Shown here in pieces: positions 52,733 through 63,224 of a DNA stretch of 64,000 nucleotides. The stretch is taken from assembly GCA_003554185.1 (NCBI GenBank), contig PWFU01000029.1, forward strand, positions 298-64,297, in the 5' to 3' direction. Numbering within the stretch: the stretch's first letter is position 1; each line of letters starts with the position of its first letter. This DNA comes from Candidatus Dojkabacteria bacterium. Its GTDB lineage: Bacteria > Patescibacteriota > Dojkabacteria > SC72 > T1SED10-24. The notes under the pieces are model-generated. The model was not told the DNA's origin. It was given only the letters and a program-made list of their open reading frames with translations, and did not search any database. The translations under genes and the position numbers were made by a program.

Positions 52733-54098
52733 CAGTAAACCAAGATTTGAATTTATTTTCGTTTTCTCTCGGACCTGGACCATACATCACAGGTTTAAAT
52801 CGACAGTCAAAAACAACTCTTTCCCAAGTAATACCTTCAGCAAAACACTCAAACGCTATATCTTTTGAATAGTGTTCTATAAAAGCACTCTTGGATAAAC
52901 GACCTTCAAAGATAGAATTATATGCTTTGTCTATCTTAATATCCGTGAACTCAGAAGACATCACATTTATATTCAACCCTGATTCTTTATCTAATTCTTT
53001 TAATAAACCTTCAAAAACAAGTTTCCTACGCCCCTTTTTTATCTCTAACTCAGGTATAAAAACTTTTGTAAAATTAGGAAGGAAATTATCTTTTGTAAAT
53101 ATTACATCTTCTGCATTCTTACCTTTGGAAAAACTACTCCCAAAAGTGTAAATCAAGCTCTCATAATCAACATAAAAGTCAAAATTACCTTGTATTTCAA
53201 AACCATCAATTATTGATACCAGAAGATCTCTAAACTCGGGGATACCTATAATTTCTCCGGTCAAACAAATCAAATTCTTTGGTTTTTTAAGACCGAAATC
53301 TGAACAAATCTGATTTTGAATTTGAGAGATAGATAATAATTGTAAAGTTAAATATGCCCTTACAAAGTCTTTAAATGTCGCTGATTGAGTATAAAGGGTT
53401 GGTTTGCTTAAAAAATTTGCCCAAATATTATACCGAAAATTCTCATTTAAATACTGTTTTAGAAAAGCCAAATACTTCTCACCTTTCACCACTTCCATAA
53501 TTTTCTCTTCATCTTTCCACTTATATATAGCTTCTGAAACATCATACACATCACTCCCAACTTTACCTATTCCCCTACTAACACTTTCATTTTCTTCAAA
53601 ACGATACATCTTTAGACTCTGAACACTTAAATTCAAAAAAATACAATCTTGATAACCTAAGCGATAGGCTATTTCACCAAAAATCTTCTTCTCTGAAAGT
53701 TTATTCACAGTAGACACCTTCAAATCAAGAGAAAATTCTCTTAAAGAATCAATCCACTCTTTACTATTGGTATTGTCTCTAGAAATTTTAAAAGAACATC
53801 CCCTTAAACCAACTCCCTCATCTTCAAATGATTTTAAATGATTAGCAAATTTGTCACTGGAAACTTTTTTGGCACTCAAGATTTCCCAACCCCATTTATT
53901 TTCTAAATTCGTAAAATAGTCTAACCAAAATTCATTCAGGTTAATATTTCTCGTGCTAATAGGTAATCTACTAATATCTTTCAATATATATGAGCTATTA
54001 GTATCGTAGTATGTATACGCTAGATGAGCATATATATATTTTTGGGATATAAAAACTGAGAGGTAAGCATTTTGTGAAAGCAAAGGTAACTTCGACAC
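52719..54098 (-). CDS. Hypothetical protein, possibly a degenerate GlmL/MutL (ASKHA-fold) homolog
   Basis: ICLTGE and C-terminal VVFDCRFKP...KSW resemble GlmL-like C-termini (from memory). Confidence 0.45.
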   Translation of the reverse strand: MSKLPLLSQNAYLSVFISQKYIYAHLAYTYYDTNSSYILKDISRLPISTRNINLNEFWLDYFTNLENKWGWEILSAKKVSSDKFANHLKSFEDEGVGLRGCSFKISRDNTNSKEWIDSLREFSLDLKVSTVNKLSEKKIFGEIAYRLGYQDCIFLNLSVQSLKMYRFEENESVSRGIGKVGSDVYDVSEAIYKWKDEEKIMEVVKGEKYLAFLKQYLNENFRYNIWANFLSKPTLYTQSATFKDFVRAYLTLQLLSISQIQNQICSDFGLKKPKNLICLTGEIIGIPEFRDLLVSIIDGFEIQGNFDFYVDYESLIYTFGSSFSKGKNAEDVIFTKDNFLPNFTKVFIPELEIKKGRRKLVFEGLLKELDKESGLNINVMSSEFTDIKIDKAYNSIFEGRLSKSAFIEHYSKDIAFECFAEGITWERVVFDCRFKPVMYGPGPRENENKFKSWFTDEFN

Positions 54099-54146
54099 AA
54101 ATAGATAAACGTCTAAAATAATCTTTCACAATCTTAACACTATGAC

Positions 54147-54179
54147 AAAAAAAAGAAAAGGAGGACAGAGTCCTCCTTT
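54147..54179 (-). terminator. Intrinsic terminator after rpsR
   Basis: AAAGGAGGAC-N3-GTCCTCCTTT followed by a T-rich run on the minus strand. Confidence 0.85.
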
Positions 54180-54197
54180 AAACAGAATTCCAAAGAT

Positions 54198-54539
54198 CTA
54201 ACCCTCTATGTGAACATAAGGCAAGAGAGCAATATATCTTGCCCTCTTAATAGCTTTCGTTATTTGCCTCTGATGTTTTCTACAAGCCCCAGACTTTTCC
54301 GGATGTATAATTTTCCCCCTAACAGAAGTAAACTTTTTTAGCTGATAAACATCTTTATAATTCACAGTTTTAATTCCTGCCTCACAAAGGGGACATTTTA
54401 GATTCAAAACAACCTTTTTACGTTTTCCCCCTCTACCATGACTACGGCCTCCCTGTTCTGCACTATCTTCATTGGAACCCGTAACTTTACTCTCATCAAA
54501 GACATCATCCAAGCTGGGACTGTTTTTTACTTCTGTCAT
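54198..54539 (-). CDS. rpsR: 30S ribosomal protein S18 with N-terminal extension
   Basis: CPLC, NYKDV..LKKF, GKI, HQRQITKAIKRARYIALLPY. Confidence 0.96.
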   Translation of the reverse strand: MTEVKNSPSLDDVFDESKVTGSNEDSAEQGGRSHGRGGKRKKVVLNLKCPLCEAGIKTVNYKDVYQLKKFTSVRGKIIHPEKSGACRKHQRQITKAIKRARYIALLPYVHIEG

Positions 54540-54575
54540 AATTTTCTAACTAATAAATTTAATACACAAACTAAA

Positions 54576-55085
54576 TTAAAAAGGCAAATCATCTTCCAAC
54601 CCCTCCTCAGAAGAATTATCTTCTGAACCTTCTGAAGCGCCAGCAGAATCTTCCCCTGTATTTTTAGACTCGTCAGATGAAGAATTGCTTTCTCCTTGTT
54701 CTTCCGAACTCTCTTGGGACTTAGATTCATCAAAACCAGCTCCCTGTTTCCCTTTCGAGTCAAGTAGTTTCATCTCAGAAACCCTAATCTCAGTTTTATA
54801 ATTCGTTTTACCGCTTTCATCTTCCCAGGTTCTCGTATTCAAAGAACCCTCAATGTACACCATCATACCTTTAGCTAATATTTGCTGGCAAATCTCTGCC
54901 ATCTTTCTCCAAGCAACAATGTTATGAAATTCAACCGCTTCCTGAATTTCACCATTATTATCTTTCCAAGATCGATTAGTAGCCAATCCGAAAGAAGCCA
55001 CAGGAACTCCGTTAGCTGTATAACGAATTTCGGGATCTCTAGTAAGATTCCCTATTAATAATACTTTATTCAAAGATCTTGACAT
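54576..55085 (-). CDS. ssb: Single-stranded DNA-binding protein
   Basis: SLNKVLLIGNLTRDPE, C-terminal DDLPF. Confidence 0.97.
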   Translation of the reverse strand: MSRSLNKVLLIGNLTRDPEIRYTANGVPVASFGLATNRSWKDNNGEIQEAVEFHNIVAWRKMAEICQQILAKGMMVYIEGSLNTRTWEDESGKTNYKTEIRVSEMKLLDSKGKQGAGFDESKSQESSEEQGESNSSSDESKNTGEDSAGASEGSEDNSSEEGLEDDLPF

Positions 55086-55151
55086 ATAAAAAAACCTTTT
55101 AAAATTTAAATACAATCCAATTCTACTCTACCCAAATTAAGATAAAGCAAA

Positions 55152-55505
55152 TTATATATTAACTTCCATATCTTTCTTTTTTATTTTGTTTCTTTCCAAA
55201 TCATTCTCCTCAACCTTAACCAAAAGATATCTAAGAATTTCCTGCTTCAAATCCATACGCCTCCTAAACTCTGCAATCTTATCTTTAGGCAACGTGAGAG
55301 TATATACTATATAATATCCTTCGTCATGAGACTTGATTTTATAGGTCAAATACCTCTTACCCCAAACATCAACATCCTCAACTTCACCCCCCAGATCCTT
55401 ACATAAATCAACCATTGACTTATGTACTGCTTTCCTTACATCATCTGGAAGAAGAGACTTTAGTACAACCATCATCTCATACAAATCACTTTTTGCTTTT
55501 TTCAT
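55152..55505 (-). CDS. rpsF: 30S ribosomal protein S6
   Basis: YEMMVV, WGKRYLTYKI, EGYY, ILRYLL. Confidence 0.96.
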   Translation of the reverse strand: MKKAKSDLYEMMVVLKSLLPDDVRKAVHKSMVDLCKDLGGEVEDVDVWGKRYLTYKIKSHDEGYYIVYTLTLPKDKIAEFRRRMDLKQEILRYLLVKVEENDLERNKIKKKDMEVNI

Positions 55506-55636
55506 TTTCAGAAACTATCATCTAATCTATTAGATACCACACCACACCAAAGGCTGAGCGGATTGTCCCATATTTAACGATTGTGTAAAATACTATCTGC
55601 AAATGTAATTTTTATAATTCTTCAATCATTAATAGT

Positions 55637-56449
55637 ATGAAAAAAGTTAGAAAAACAATAAAATACGGAGTATTAATGGCAATTCCTCTCATTGTTTTAC
55701 TCACATATTTCTATACCAATGAGGAGGAAATGCAACAAAAAGAAAAGGTTCAAGAGGAGTTACGAGAGACACAAACCATAAAAATACAAGAAACACCAGC
55801 CCAAGAAGGGGCTTCATATTTCGAAAACGTAGAAGTCCTAGAAGGACAAGAAATGTATTATGCATACCCATTAGAAATAGACCCCAAAAACCCACCCCAG
55901 CTAATTATATACAGCCCAGGAAAAAATCAAACAATTGTACAGAATAAAGAAGATGAATATATGCAAGTTTTAAGGGAAAATGGGGAATTCTTTGTTCAAA
56001 GAGGTTATGCTTTTGCAGCATCAAATGAACATGGAAATAACTGGGGAGGAGAAAAATCTCTAAAAGATATACAAAAAACTATAACTTGGCTAGACAAAAA
56101 CTATTATATAGCTGACAATATAAATATGGTTGGATTCAGTATGGGAGGACTATCCAGCATAAATTTTGCTGTTAAAAAATCTGACCTCGTAAATTCAATC
56201 GCACTTTTAGCCCCTACCCCTAACATGGAACTAACACAAGAAGAGGTTGAAAAAATAGAAGAGATCAATATCAAAATTTTTCAAGGTACACAAGATCCTA
56301 TACATCTTGATGCATCACATGAGTATGTAAACTTCTTTGAAAAAAAAGGCAAGGATGTTGAGCTAGAAATAATAGAAGGAGAAGGACATTACGATATACA
56401 AACATCTGTGTTAAACAAGATATATAAATTTTTTGAGAAACAGAATTAA
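55637..56449 (+). CDS. Membrane-anchored alpha/beta hydrolase
   Basis: N-terminal TM; GFSMGG, QGTQDPI, GEGH triad. Confidence 0.88.
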   Translation: MKKVRKTIKYGVLMAIPLIVLLTYFYTNEEEMQQKEKVQEELRETQTIKIQETPAQEGASYFENVEVLEGQEMYYAYPLEIDPKNPPQLIIYSPGKNQTIVQNKEDEYMQVLRENGEFFVQRGYAFAASNEHGNNWGGEKSLKDIQKTITWLDKNYYIADNINMVGFSMGGLSSINFAVKKSDLVNSIALLAPTPNMELTQEEVEKIEEINIKIFQGTQDPIHLDASHEYVNFFEKKGKDVELEIIEGEGHYDIQTSVLNKIYKFFEKQN

Positions 56450-56451
56450 AA

Positions 56452-57384
56452 ATGAAAATATTATTTAATAAAGAAACTCTGAAACATAATACAAGCAATC
56501 ATATAGAAGGGGCTTACAGAATCAAGGATTTTGAAAAAAAGTTCCAAGATTCGGGTACAAAAAATGAAGGGGAAGAACACCTCAAGGAACTATACTCACC
56601 AGAATATATTCAAGCAATGAAAGATGCTTTCCTAAATAGTGATTACATAGCAGAAGTAAACACTAATCCTTCTACATATGAAATTGCATGTATTTCGGTC
56701 GATCTAGCTGTCAAAGCAAGCATCCAAGGAGCATTTGCAATCACCAGGCCACCAGGACATCATGCTAGTCAAAATAAATCAGAGGGATTTTGTTTTTTCA
56801 ACAACATTGCTATTGCTGCACAAAGATTATTAAACAAAAATAAAAGAGTATGTATAATAGATATAGATGGGCATCATGGTAACGGGACACAAGAAATTTT
56901 CAAGAAAGAAAAAAACCTATTATTTTGTTCAATACACCAAGAAAACACATATCCTTTCTCTGGCTTTTTGGAAGATGAAGACGTTGTAAACTTTCCTTTG
57001 ATGCCAGGTTCAGGTGATGATATTTTGTTAAAAATTGCACAACATTTACATATATTAATAAACAACTTTCAGCCTGATATTATTGGTATATCTGCAGGAT
57101 TCGATGGATACCACAAAGACATGCTTCTGGATTTAAAATTTACTCAAAAGGGGTACTATAGCTTCGCCAAAACCATATTACAAACTCAGCAAAAAACAAA
57201 AGCTTTTTGTTGCCTAGAAGGAGGATATCATAATGAAATATATCAATGTACAACAGAATTCATAAATGGATTAACAAACAATGAATACACAGGAGAAGAA
57301 GACTACTCCTTATCCCCCGAAACTGTACTAGAGAATTTTTACAAAAAAGAAGAATTCTTCAAAAAGAAGAACTGCTTACCATAA
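56452..57384 (+). CDS. Histone-deacetylase-family amidohydrolase
   Basis: RPPGHHA, GFCFFNN, DIDGHHGNGT, SAGFD, LEGGY. Confidence 0.95.
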   Translation: MKILFNKETLKHNTSNHIEGAYRIKDFEKKFQDSGTKNEGEEHLKELYSPEYIQAMKDAFLNSDYIAEVNTNPSTYEIACISVDLAVKASIQGAFAITRPPGHHASQNKSEGFCFFNNIAIAAQRLLNKNKRVCIIDIDGHHGNGTQEIFKKEKNLLFCSIHQENTYPFSGFLEDEDVVNFPLMPGSGDDILLKIAQHLHILINNFQPDIIGISAGFDGYHKDMLLDLKFTQKGYYSFAKTILQTQQKTKAFCCLEGGYHNEIYQCTTEFINGLTNNEYTGEEDYSLSPETVLENFYKKEEFFKKKNCLP

Positions 57385-57386
57385 AA

Positions 57387-57650
57387 CTATTCTTCATTAG
57401 TCACTGTATTAGAGACACAACCTGACATATATTCCTCTTTTAATTCATCTACATCCACATCTTCCGCTGACTCCTCAACATATACTTCGTCATCTTTGTC
57501 TTGCTCTTCTTCTACGAATTTCATGTCTTCGACTTCTTCTGATTCTTCTTCAACTTCATTATCAAAATCCCCTAATTCAAAATCAAACTCACAAGCTACG
57601 AAAATAAAATTTAGGAGAGGTAAAAGTAGAAATAAAAACTTTTTATAATT
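57387..57650 (-). pseudogene. Remnant of an acidic lipoprotein gene lacking a start codon
   Basis: Open frame KKFLFLLLPLLNFIFVA-C-EFDFE...EEYMSGCVSNTVTNEE*; upstream reads attAT-AAAAAG where ATG AAA AAG is expected. Confidence 0.6.
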
Positions 57651-57701
57651 TTAAAATCTTTAGGCTATTACAAAGAAAATGTGATCTGAATACTATCCAT
57701 A

Positions 57702-58775
57702 TCAAGCATTTGCTAATACAACAATATAATCTCCATCCTGTACAATATACTCTTTGTTACAGTTCTTTACAAGACCCTGTTCTTTAGCTTTTATCCATCC
57801 CCCTACTTCCATCAATTGCTCTACATTTATAACATCGGCTGTAATAAAATTATCTCTAAAATCAGAATGAATAACTCCAGCAGCCTCTTTCACATTACTG
57901 CCTTTAACAATACTCCAAGCATTACACTCTTTACTATTACCCGTATAAAAAGTTATCAAACCCAACCTTTTACAAGACATATCTATCAAATCTCTAACCC
58001 ACGTTAATCTGGGATAAATCATTCCTAGATATTTTTTCCTTTCTTCTTCTTTCATTTCGTCCAATTCTCCAATTAATTTTACATCCATTTCTAAAACAAA
58101 ATCTTCTTTATCAAAATTAACTATTCTTTCTATTTCTTCCCCTTCCCTTTTATTTAATACGAACATTCTTTTTTTCTGAGTTAATAAAGATAATGGTGCT
58201 ATCAAATTCAATTCTTCCTGGGTAAGGTCCATCTCTATGATTGGAATTCCTTTATTTAAATTTTGAATAATATTTTTAAACTTGTCCCTCTCCTTCGATT
58301 CATCACAAAACCTCTCAACAACCTCCAAGTCTTTAAATATCAATTCACTTTGTACTATCTCAAAATCTTCAAATGGGTTTATCCTATTATAGATGTGTGA
58401 AATATTTTCATTCTTAAAAGCACGCAAAACATAAAGTATCACATCAACCTCTCTAATATGGCTCAAAAATTTATTCCCCAACCCTTCACCCTTTGAAGCT
58501 CCTTGCACTAAACCAGCAATGTCTACAAATTTTATTCCTCCATAGACAATTTTTTCTGAATTATAGAAATTGGCCAATCTCTTGAGCCTGTCGTCCTGAA
58601 TTTCGACCACTCCAATATTTTTATCTAGTGTACAAAATGGATAATTTTCAGCTGGAACAAAATTTTTTGTGAGAGCATTAAAAAGTGTAGATTTACCAGA
58701 ATTCGGTAGCCCTACAAGCCCTACTGAAAGAGAATGAGATCTAGTAACATCCATATTTAAATACCAAATATCCAA
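57702..58775 (-). CDS. ychF: Ribosome-binding ATPase YchF (start may be 58754)
   Basis: GLVGLPNSGKST, NYPFCT, DIAGLV, GEGLGNKFL, AAGVIHSDF, YIVQDGD. Confidence 0.95.
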   Translation of the reverse strand: MDIWYLNMDVTRSHSLSVGLVGLPNSGKSTLFNALTKNFVPAENYPFCTLDKNIGVVEIQDDRLKRLANFYNSEKIVYGGIKFVDIAGLVQGASKGEGLGNKFLSHIREVDVILYVLRAFKNENISHIYNRINPFEDFEIVQSELIFKDLEVVERFCDESKERDKFKNIIQNLNKGIPIIEMDLTQEELNLIAPLSLLTQKKRMFVLNKREGEEIERIVNFDKEDFVLEMDVKLIGELDEMKEEERKKYLGMIYPRLTWVRDLIDMSCKRLGLITFYTGNSKECNAWSIVKGSNVKEAAGVIHSDFRDNFITADVINVEQLMEVGGWIKAKEQGLVKNCNKEYIVQDGDYIVVLANA

Positions 58776-58858
58776 TTAATATTGAAGTATAGTACCATAA
58801 CAAAGGGTTTTTTCAAAACTTAGTGTACTATCAGAAATTTTGTTGTATTATTAACAAT

Positions 58859-60709
58859 ATGAGATCCAATTTTAAGAAATATATTAAAAAAACTTTCTTG
58901 GTATTAATTATCTCAATCTCTTTTTTTTCTTTTGGGAGCTATAGTGCATACGCTGAGGATTTTAATATAAGTTCAAACTTTGATATCTACCTAGAAGAGA
59001 TACGAGACAACACTGTAAGAGTTGAGAAAGAACTAAACATAAGCACAAATAATCCCGACTATTATATACCCGCAAATACAAAACAAACTATCACTATACC
59101 CGCTATAGCTAGCGAAGCTACAAGAGACGCAATAGAGTTGAAAAAAAACACTCTAAATATACAAGATAATCAAGGTAGAAATTTAAATCACGATGTCACA
59201 CAGTCTAACAATACTCTTGTTGTCAGCATTACCCTACCACATGATATATCACAACAAAAATCTTTTTCTGCGAATATTAGTTACAAATCAAAAGATTTTA
59301 TAAATCAAAATGGAAACATCTCAAATCTATATCTACCCGGACTACACGAAGAAACAAGATTTGAAGAAATTGACACATCAACTGGACTAAAAACCTCGTA
59401 CCAATATAATATGACATACCATGTACCCCTCGATGCACCACAACCATCCTTTATTTCACCAGAAAGTATTTATTCTACACAAGGACAAAAATATAGAAAA
59501 TATCATTTCTCTCAAGAGCAAAGATTAAATAATACAGGATGGATTCAACTAGGAACTGAACAATACTATTATTTTGAAATTAATCAAGAAATCCCTCAGA
59601 GAAATACATCTAAATATCTTGATGGAGTTACGAATTTTTTCTCAACCAATTTACTTGAAATGACTCTACCAAAAGAATTCCAAGAAACCAATCAACAGGT
59701 TTTTATAAAATCCATAGACCCTAAACCAACATATATTAGGCTAGATAATGAAGAAAACATTATATCTGTTTTCGATATGGATAAAATAGACAAAAAAAAT
59801 ATTAAAATACGGGGATACATCAAATTATCTAGTCAAGAAGTACAGGATTTACCTGAAATTGACTTCGATAATTATTTTTCTCAAGTTGAAAATTTCGAGC
59901 ATTTCGAAAGATATACACAAGCAGACAAATATTGGGAAAGCAACGACCCTGAAATCACAGAATTAGCTAAAAGAATAAAAAATGAGAATAAAGACGGTGG
60001 CATACTGAATATTATCAATGAAGTTTATTACTTTGTTATCGAAAATTTAAGTTATAGTCATGAAAAAGCAGCACAAGAAAATCCAAGATTAGGAGCCTTA
60101 AGTGCACTTAGAGGAAAACCTTCAGTATGTATGGAATATGCAGATCTAATGATAGCAATTTTAAGAGCTCAAAATATACCAGCTCGAGCAGCAATGGGTT
60201 ACGGAAACGACCCTCATTTAAATCAACAAGAAAACAATCTTGCGGCAGAAACGGGGCATCAATGGGTACAAATCTGGCTCCCAAATTATGGTTGGCTATC
60301 AGCAGATCCTACTTGGGGAGAAACTGACCGAAAATATATAGGTGGAGATTTAGACCATGTCTTATGGTATACAGAAGGAAATACAAAAGAAAAGATTTCC
60401 AAGATAATGATCTATTCTTCTCGGGAAATAAATCAACAAATTTTCGATCTGTATAATATAACTGTCATACCAAAACATCATTCAGATGTTCCAGAATTAC
60501 AAAACCTCAAAACCATACAAACTCTCGTAGATAATTACGAAAAAGAGGAAGAAGAAATATTAAGCAAAGATCAGAGCCTACAAGAAACAATACAAGATTC
60601 CACAGCTGGAAGGGCTCTTGTTTTTGCACTGCCGGCAATAATTATATTAATTGCTTCAATAGTTGTGGTAATAGTTATTTCAAAAATAATTAAATCTAAG
60701 CGTACTTAA
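58859..60709 (+). CDS. Exported transglutaminase-like protein with a C-terminal TM anchor
   Basis: Signal peptide SAYA|E; triad VCMEYA, GHQWVQ, ADPTW; C-terminal TM and basic tail. Confidence 0.9.
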   Translation: MRSNFKKYIKKTFLVLIISISFFSFGSYSAYAEDFNISSNFDIYLEEIRDNTVRVEKELNISTNNPDYYIPANTKQTITIPAIASEATRDAIELKKNTLNIQDNQGRNLNHDVTQSNNTLVVSITLPHDISQQKSFSANISYKSKDFINQNGNISNLYLPGLHEETRFEEIDTSTGLKTSYQYNMTYHVPLDAPQPSFISPESIYSTQGQKYRKYHFSQEQRLNNTGWIQLGTEQYYYFEINQEIPQRNTSKYLDGVTNFFSTNLLEMTLPKEFQETNQQVFIKSIDPKPTYIRLDNEENIISVFDMDKIDKKNIKIRGYIKLSSQEVQDLPEIDFDNYFSQVENFEHFERYTQADKYWESNDPEITELAKRIKNENKDGGILNIINEVYYFVIENLSYSHEKAAQENPRLGALSALRGKPSVCMEYADLMIAILRAQNIPARAAMGYGNDPHLNQQENNLAAETGHQWVQIWLPNYGWLSADPTWGETDRKYIGGDLDHVLWYTEGNTKEKISKIMIYSSREINQQIFDLYNITVIPKHHSDVPELQNLKTIQTLVDNYEKEEEEILSKDQSLQETIQDSTAGRALVFALPAIIILIASIVVVIVISKIIKSKRT

Positions 60710-62207
60710 AAAGTTCTTCTTCATTATATAAATCTCTAGCAGCCCTCATCCTTTCATTATTGATTGTATAGAATGACAATAACACATCGCCTTTTTTAAC
60801 CTTATCTCCAACAAATTTGTTGAAATATAATCCAGCTTCCTTAATACTGGGAGTACCTAGTGCCCTAGCCAAATTAACAACCTCTTTATTATTAATCCTT
60901 TCAATCTTACCTGATTTAGTAGCGACTACGTCATAAGTTTCTTTACCCAATCTTAAATCATCAGAAGAAACCTTTTCTACAGCCCCCTGAGCAAAAGCGA
61001 TTTCCCAAAATTTTTCTGCAACCTTCCCACTTTCCATACTTTCTTTAGCCATCTCTTCACCAAAACCCTCTTTTTCTTTTTCAGTAAATTCCAATAATTT
61101 ACCAGCCATTTTTATTACCTCTTGCTCTAATTCAGTAGATTTATATTCATGATCCTCCAAAACTCTCAAAACATCTCGCATCTCCAAATTTGGACCTATC
61201 CCTCTTCCGTCAGGCCCTTTTACTCTCCTCTTATATATTTCACAATTAATTCCAACTTTATCAAAAAACTTTATAAAAGAATCACTTACTAATTCTATGT
61301 CTTCTGGCTCTTCAATTTTTGTATCAGGACCATAAGGTAAATCTATAATAATATGAGAGATACCCATTGCCAATTTTTTAGCAATAATGCTGATTATAAA
61401 CTTCTGATAACATTGGGTCTTTAACCCCTTCTCCACCTGAATCAATATATCATCTGCTGGAGCTATATTAAGATCTCCTCCCCAAATCATACAACTACCC
61501 TGCTTTTTAATTAAATTATAAATCTCCTCACTGTGAAAACTCACCGGCATTACAGTCTCGAGTATATCTGTTGTCCCCGCAGGAGCAGTAATCGCTCTAG
61601 TAGATGTATTAGGTACCACAAGCCCAAAATTCGCAAGAATTGCAACAAGAATTGGAGTAACCCCTTTACCTGCTATACCACCAATAGAGTGTTTATCCAC
61701 AACCATATTTTTATTATTATATATATCACTAAAATCAAATATTTCTCCGCTATTAACCATACCCTTGATAGCATACAAAACTTCATCATCATTAAAGCCT
61801 GGATTAAACATCGTAGCCATAAAATATGCCATCTCTACAGATCTCATTTTCTTCTTGCTCACATCCTTTAATACCTCAAACATTTCATCTTCGGTGAGTC
61901 TCTGCCCTTGTAATTTTTTGGCAATATAATCTACTGATTCAGGTGTACTTACTCTCTCTAACCTTACTCTACTATCCGATGCAAAATCATTACCAAGCCA
62001 GACATCAGAATATAGTCCAACAAACCCTTCTTCAACTTCCACATCAGTCAAATTAACAACACAAATGTGTTCATGCTCATAACCACTCAACCAAACCTTG
62101 TCCCCTGCCTCTAAGCCATCCATCTTTGCATCAGAACTATTTATCAAAACGGTCAAAGGATCACCAGCTTTGATATCTAACTTTTTTATCCTTAAGTTTA
62201 AAGCCAT
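60696..62207 (-). CDS. deoA: AMP phosphorylase (archaeal-type thymidine phosphorylase family)
   Basis: N-terminal extra domain, VDKHSIGGIAG, TSTRAITAPAGTTD, APADD, ARALGTP. Confidence 0.9.
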   Translation of the reverse strand: MALNLRIKKLDIKAGDPLTVLINSSDAKMDGLEAGDKVWLSGYEHEHICVVNLTDVEVEEGFVGLYSDVWLGNDFASDSRVRLERVSTPESVDYIAKKLQGQRLTEDEMFEVLKDVSKKKMRSVEMAYFMATMFNPGFNDDEVLYAIKGMVNSGEIFDFSDIYNNKNMVVDKHSIGGIAGKGVTPILVAILANFGLVVPNTSTRAITAPAGTTDILETVMPVSFHSEEIYNLIKKQGSCMIWGGDLNIAPADDILIQVEKGLKTQCYQKFIISIIAKKLAMGISHIIIDLPYGPDTKIEEPEDIELVSDSFIKFFDKVGINCEIYKRRVKGPDGRGIGPNLEMRDVLRVLEDHEYKSTELEQEVIKMAGKLLEFTEKEKEGFGEEMAKESMESGKVAEKFWEIAFAQGAVEKVSSDDLRLGKETYDVVATKSGKIERINNKEVVNLARALGTPSIKEAGLYFNKFVGDKVKKGDVLLSFYTINNERMRAARDLYNEEELFKYA

Positions 62208-62225
62208 ATTTTTAAATTTATAAAT

Positions 62226-63203
62226 TTAGAACAACCACTGATAATTTTCTTGAATAGTAGAGCTTATATCCTCAGGTTTTACAACACCAACTTCAGTTAT
62301 ATACCCTGTAATAAATTCTCTGTTTATGATTTCAAAAGATGGATTAATCATTTTTAAACCCTTAGGAGCATCCTTCCAAATCTCGCTATTATCCCTATAT
62401 TCAATTTTAACAGGTCTATATGCTGTCTCTATTTCAGTCTTTAAAATTGAAGTAACAACGTACACCGGTTTACTAACAAAATATGAAGCCAAAGCTATAC
62501 CCCAACTCCCTATTTTATTCACCGCATCTCCACGCATAGTTATCTCATCTGAACCCAAAAATACGATATCTATTGGACGAGTACATGTATCCTGGTCACA
62601 ATTGTCTATAATAAAAGATTCAGCAGCACTATCCACTATAAACGTCGTATTAATCCCCTTCTCTACCAGTTCTTTTGCTGTTTCCCTCCCTTGATACAAA
62701 GGACGTGTTTCTGTACAAGTAACTCTTAAGTCGCTCACTTTTTTAGCACGTTTTGATATAGTATTAACTGCTGTAGAAGAATGACAGTGAGTAAATACTT
62801 CATACACATCATCAAAAACTTCATCGCTATTCTCAACTATTTGTTTTTTAGCTTCTTTAATTTGTTCCAAAAACTCATCACACAATTCATCAACTTTTTT
62901 CTTAGCAACTGATACATCCTTAAGACCAGGATTTCTAATCGTTAACATTCTGGTTACAAACTTTAAACCATTTTTTGCTAAGGGTTCATTATCCCTAGCA
63001 TGAGCAAGAGTATATCCTACTCTACTCAATTCTTCATAAACCTCTTCATAATTCTTACCCTTTTCTTCATAATTTTTCAAAAAGAGCTTCATACCCTCAA
63101 AAGTTGCTATTGCAACATTAGTAGCCCCCTGAATTTTAATATCCTCAATATCACTCACTATATCCCCTACATTCTCATATTTGGAAAAGTCTACTTCTGA
63201 CAT
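62226..63203 (-). CDS. Ribose-1,5-bisphosphate isomerase (eIF-2B-like)
   Basis: IKIQGATNVA, AR.NEP, THCHSST, TETRPLYQG, VDSA, NKIGS; adjacent to AMP phosphorylase. Confidence 0.88.
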   Translation of the reverse strand: MSEVDFSKYENVGDIVSDIEDIKIQGATNVAIATFEGMKLFLKNYEEKGKNYEEVYEELSRVGYTLAHARDNEPLAKNGLKFVTRMLTIRNPGLKDVSVAKKKVDELCDEFLEQIKEAKKQIVENSDEVFDDVYEVFTHCHSSTAVNTISKRAKKVSDLRVTCTETRPLYQGRETAKELVEKGINTTFIVDSAAESFIIDNCDQDTCTRPIDIVFLGSDEITMRGDAVNKIGSWGIALASYFVSKPVYVVTSILKTEIETAYRPVKIEYRDNSEIWKDAPKGLKMINPSFEIINREFITGYITEVGVVKPEDISSTIQENYQWLF

Positions 63204-63224
63204 ACAATTATATTAACAGCTTAT

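Noticed and set aside
55506..55600. S6:S18-binding leader upstream of rpsF
   Set aside because: A CCG is present, but I could not build a convincing stem.
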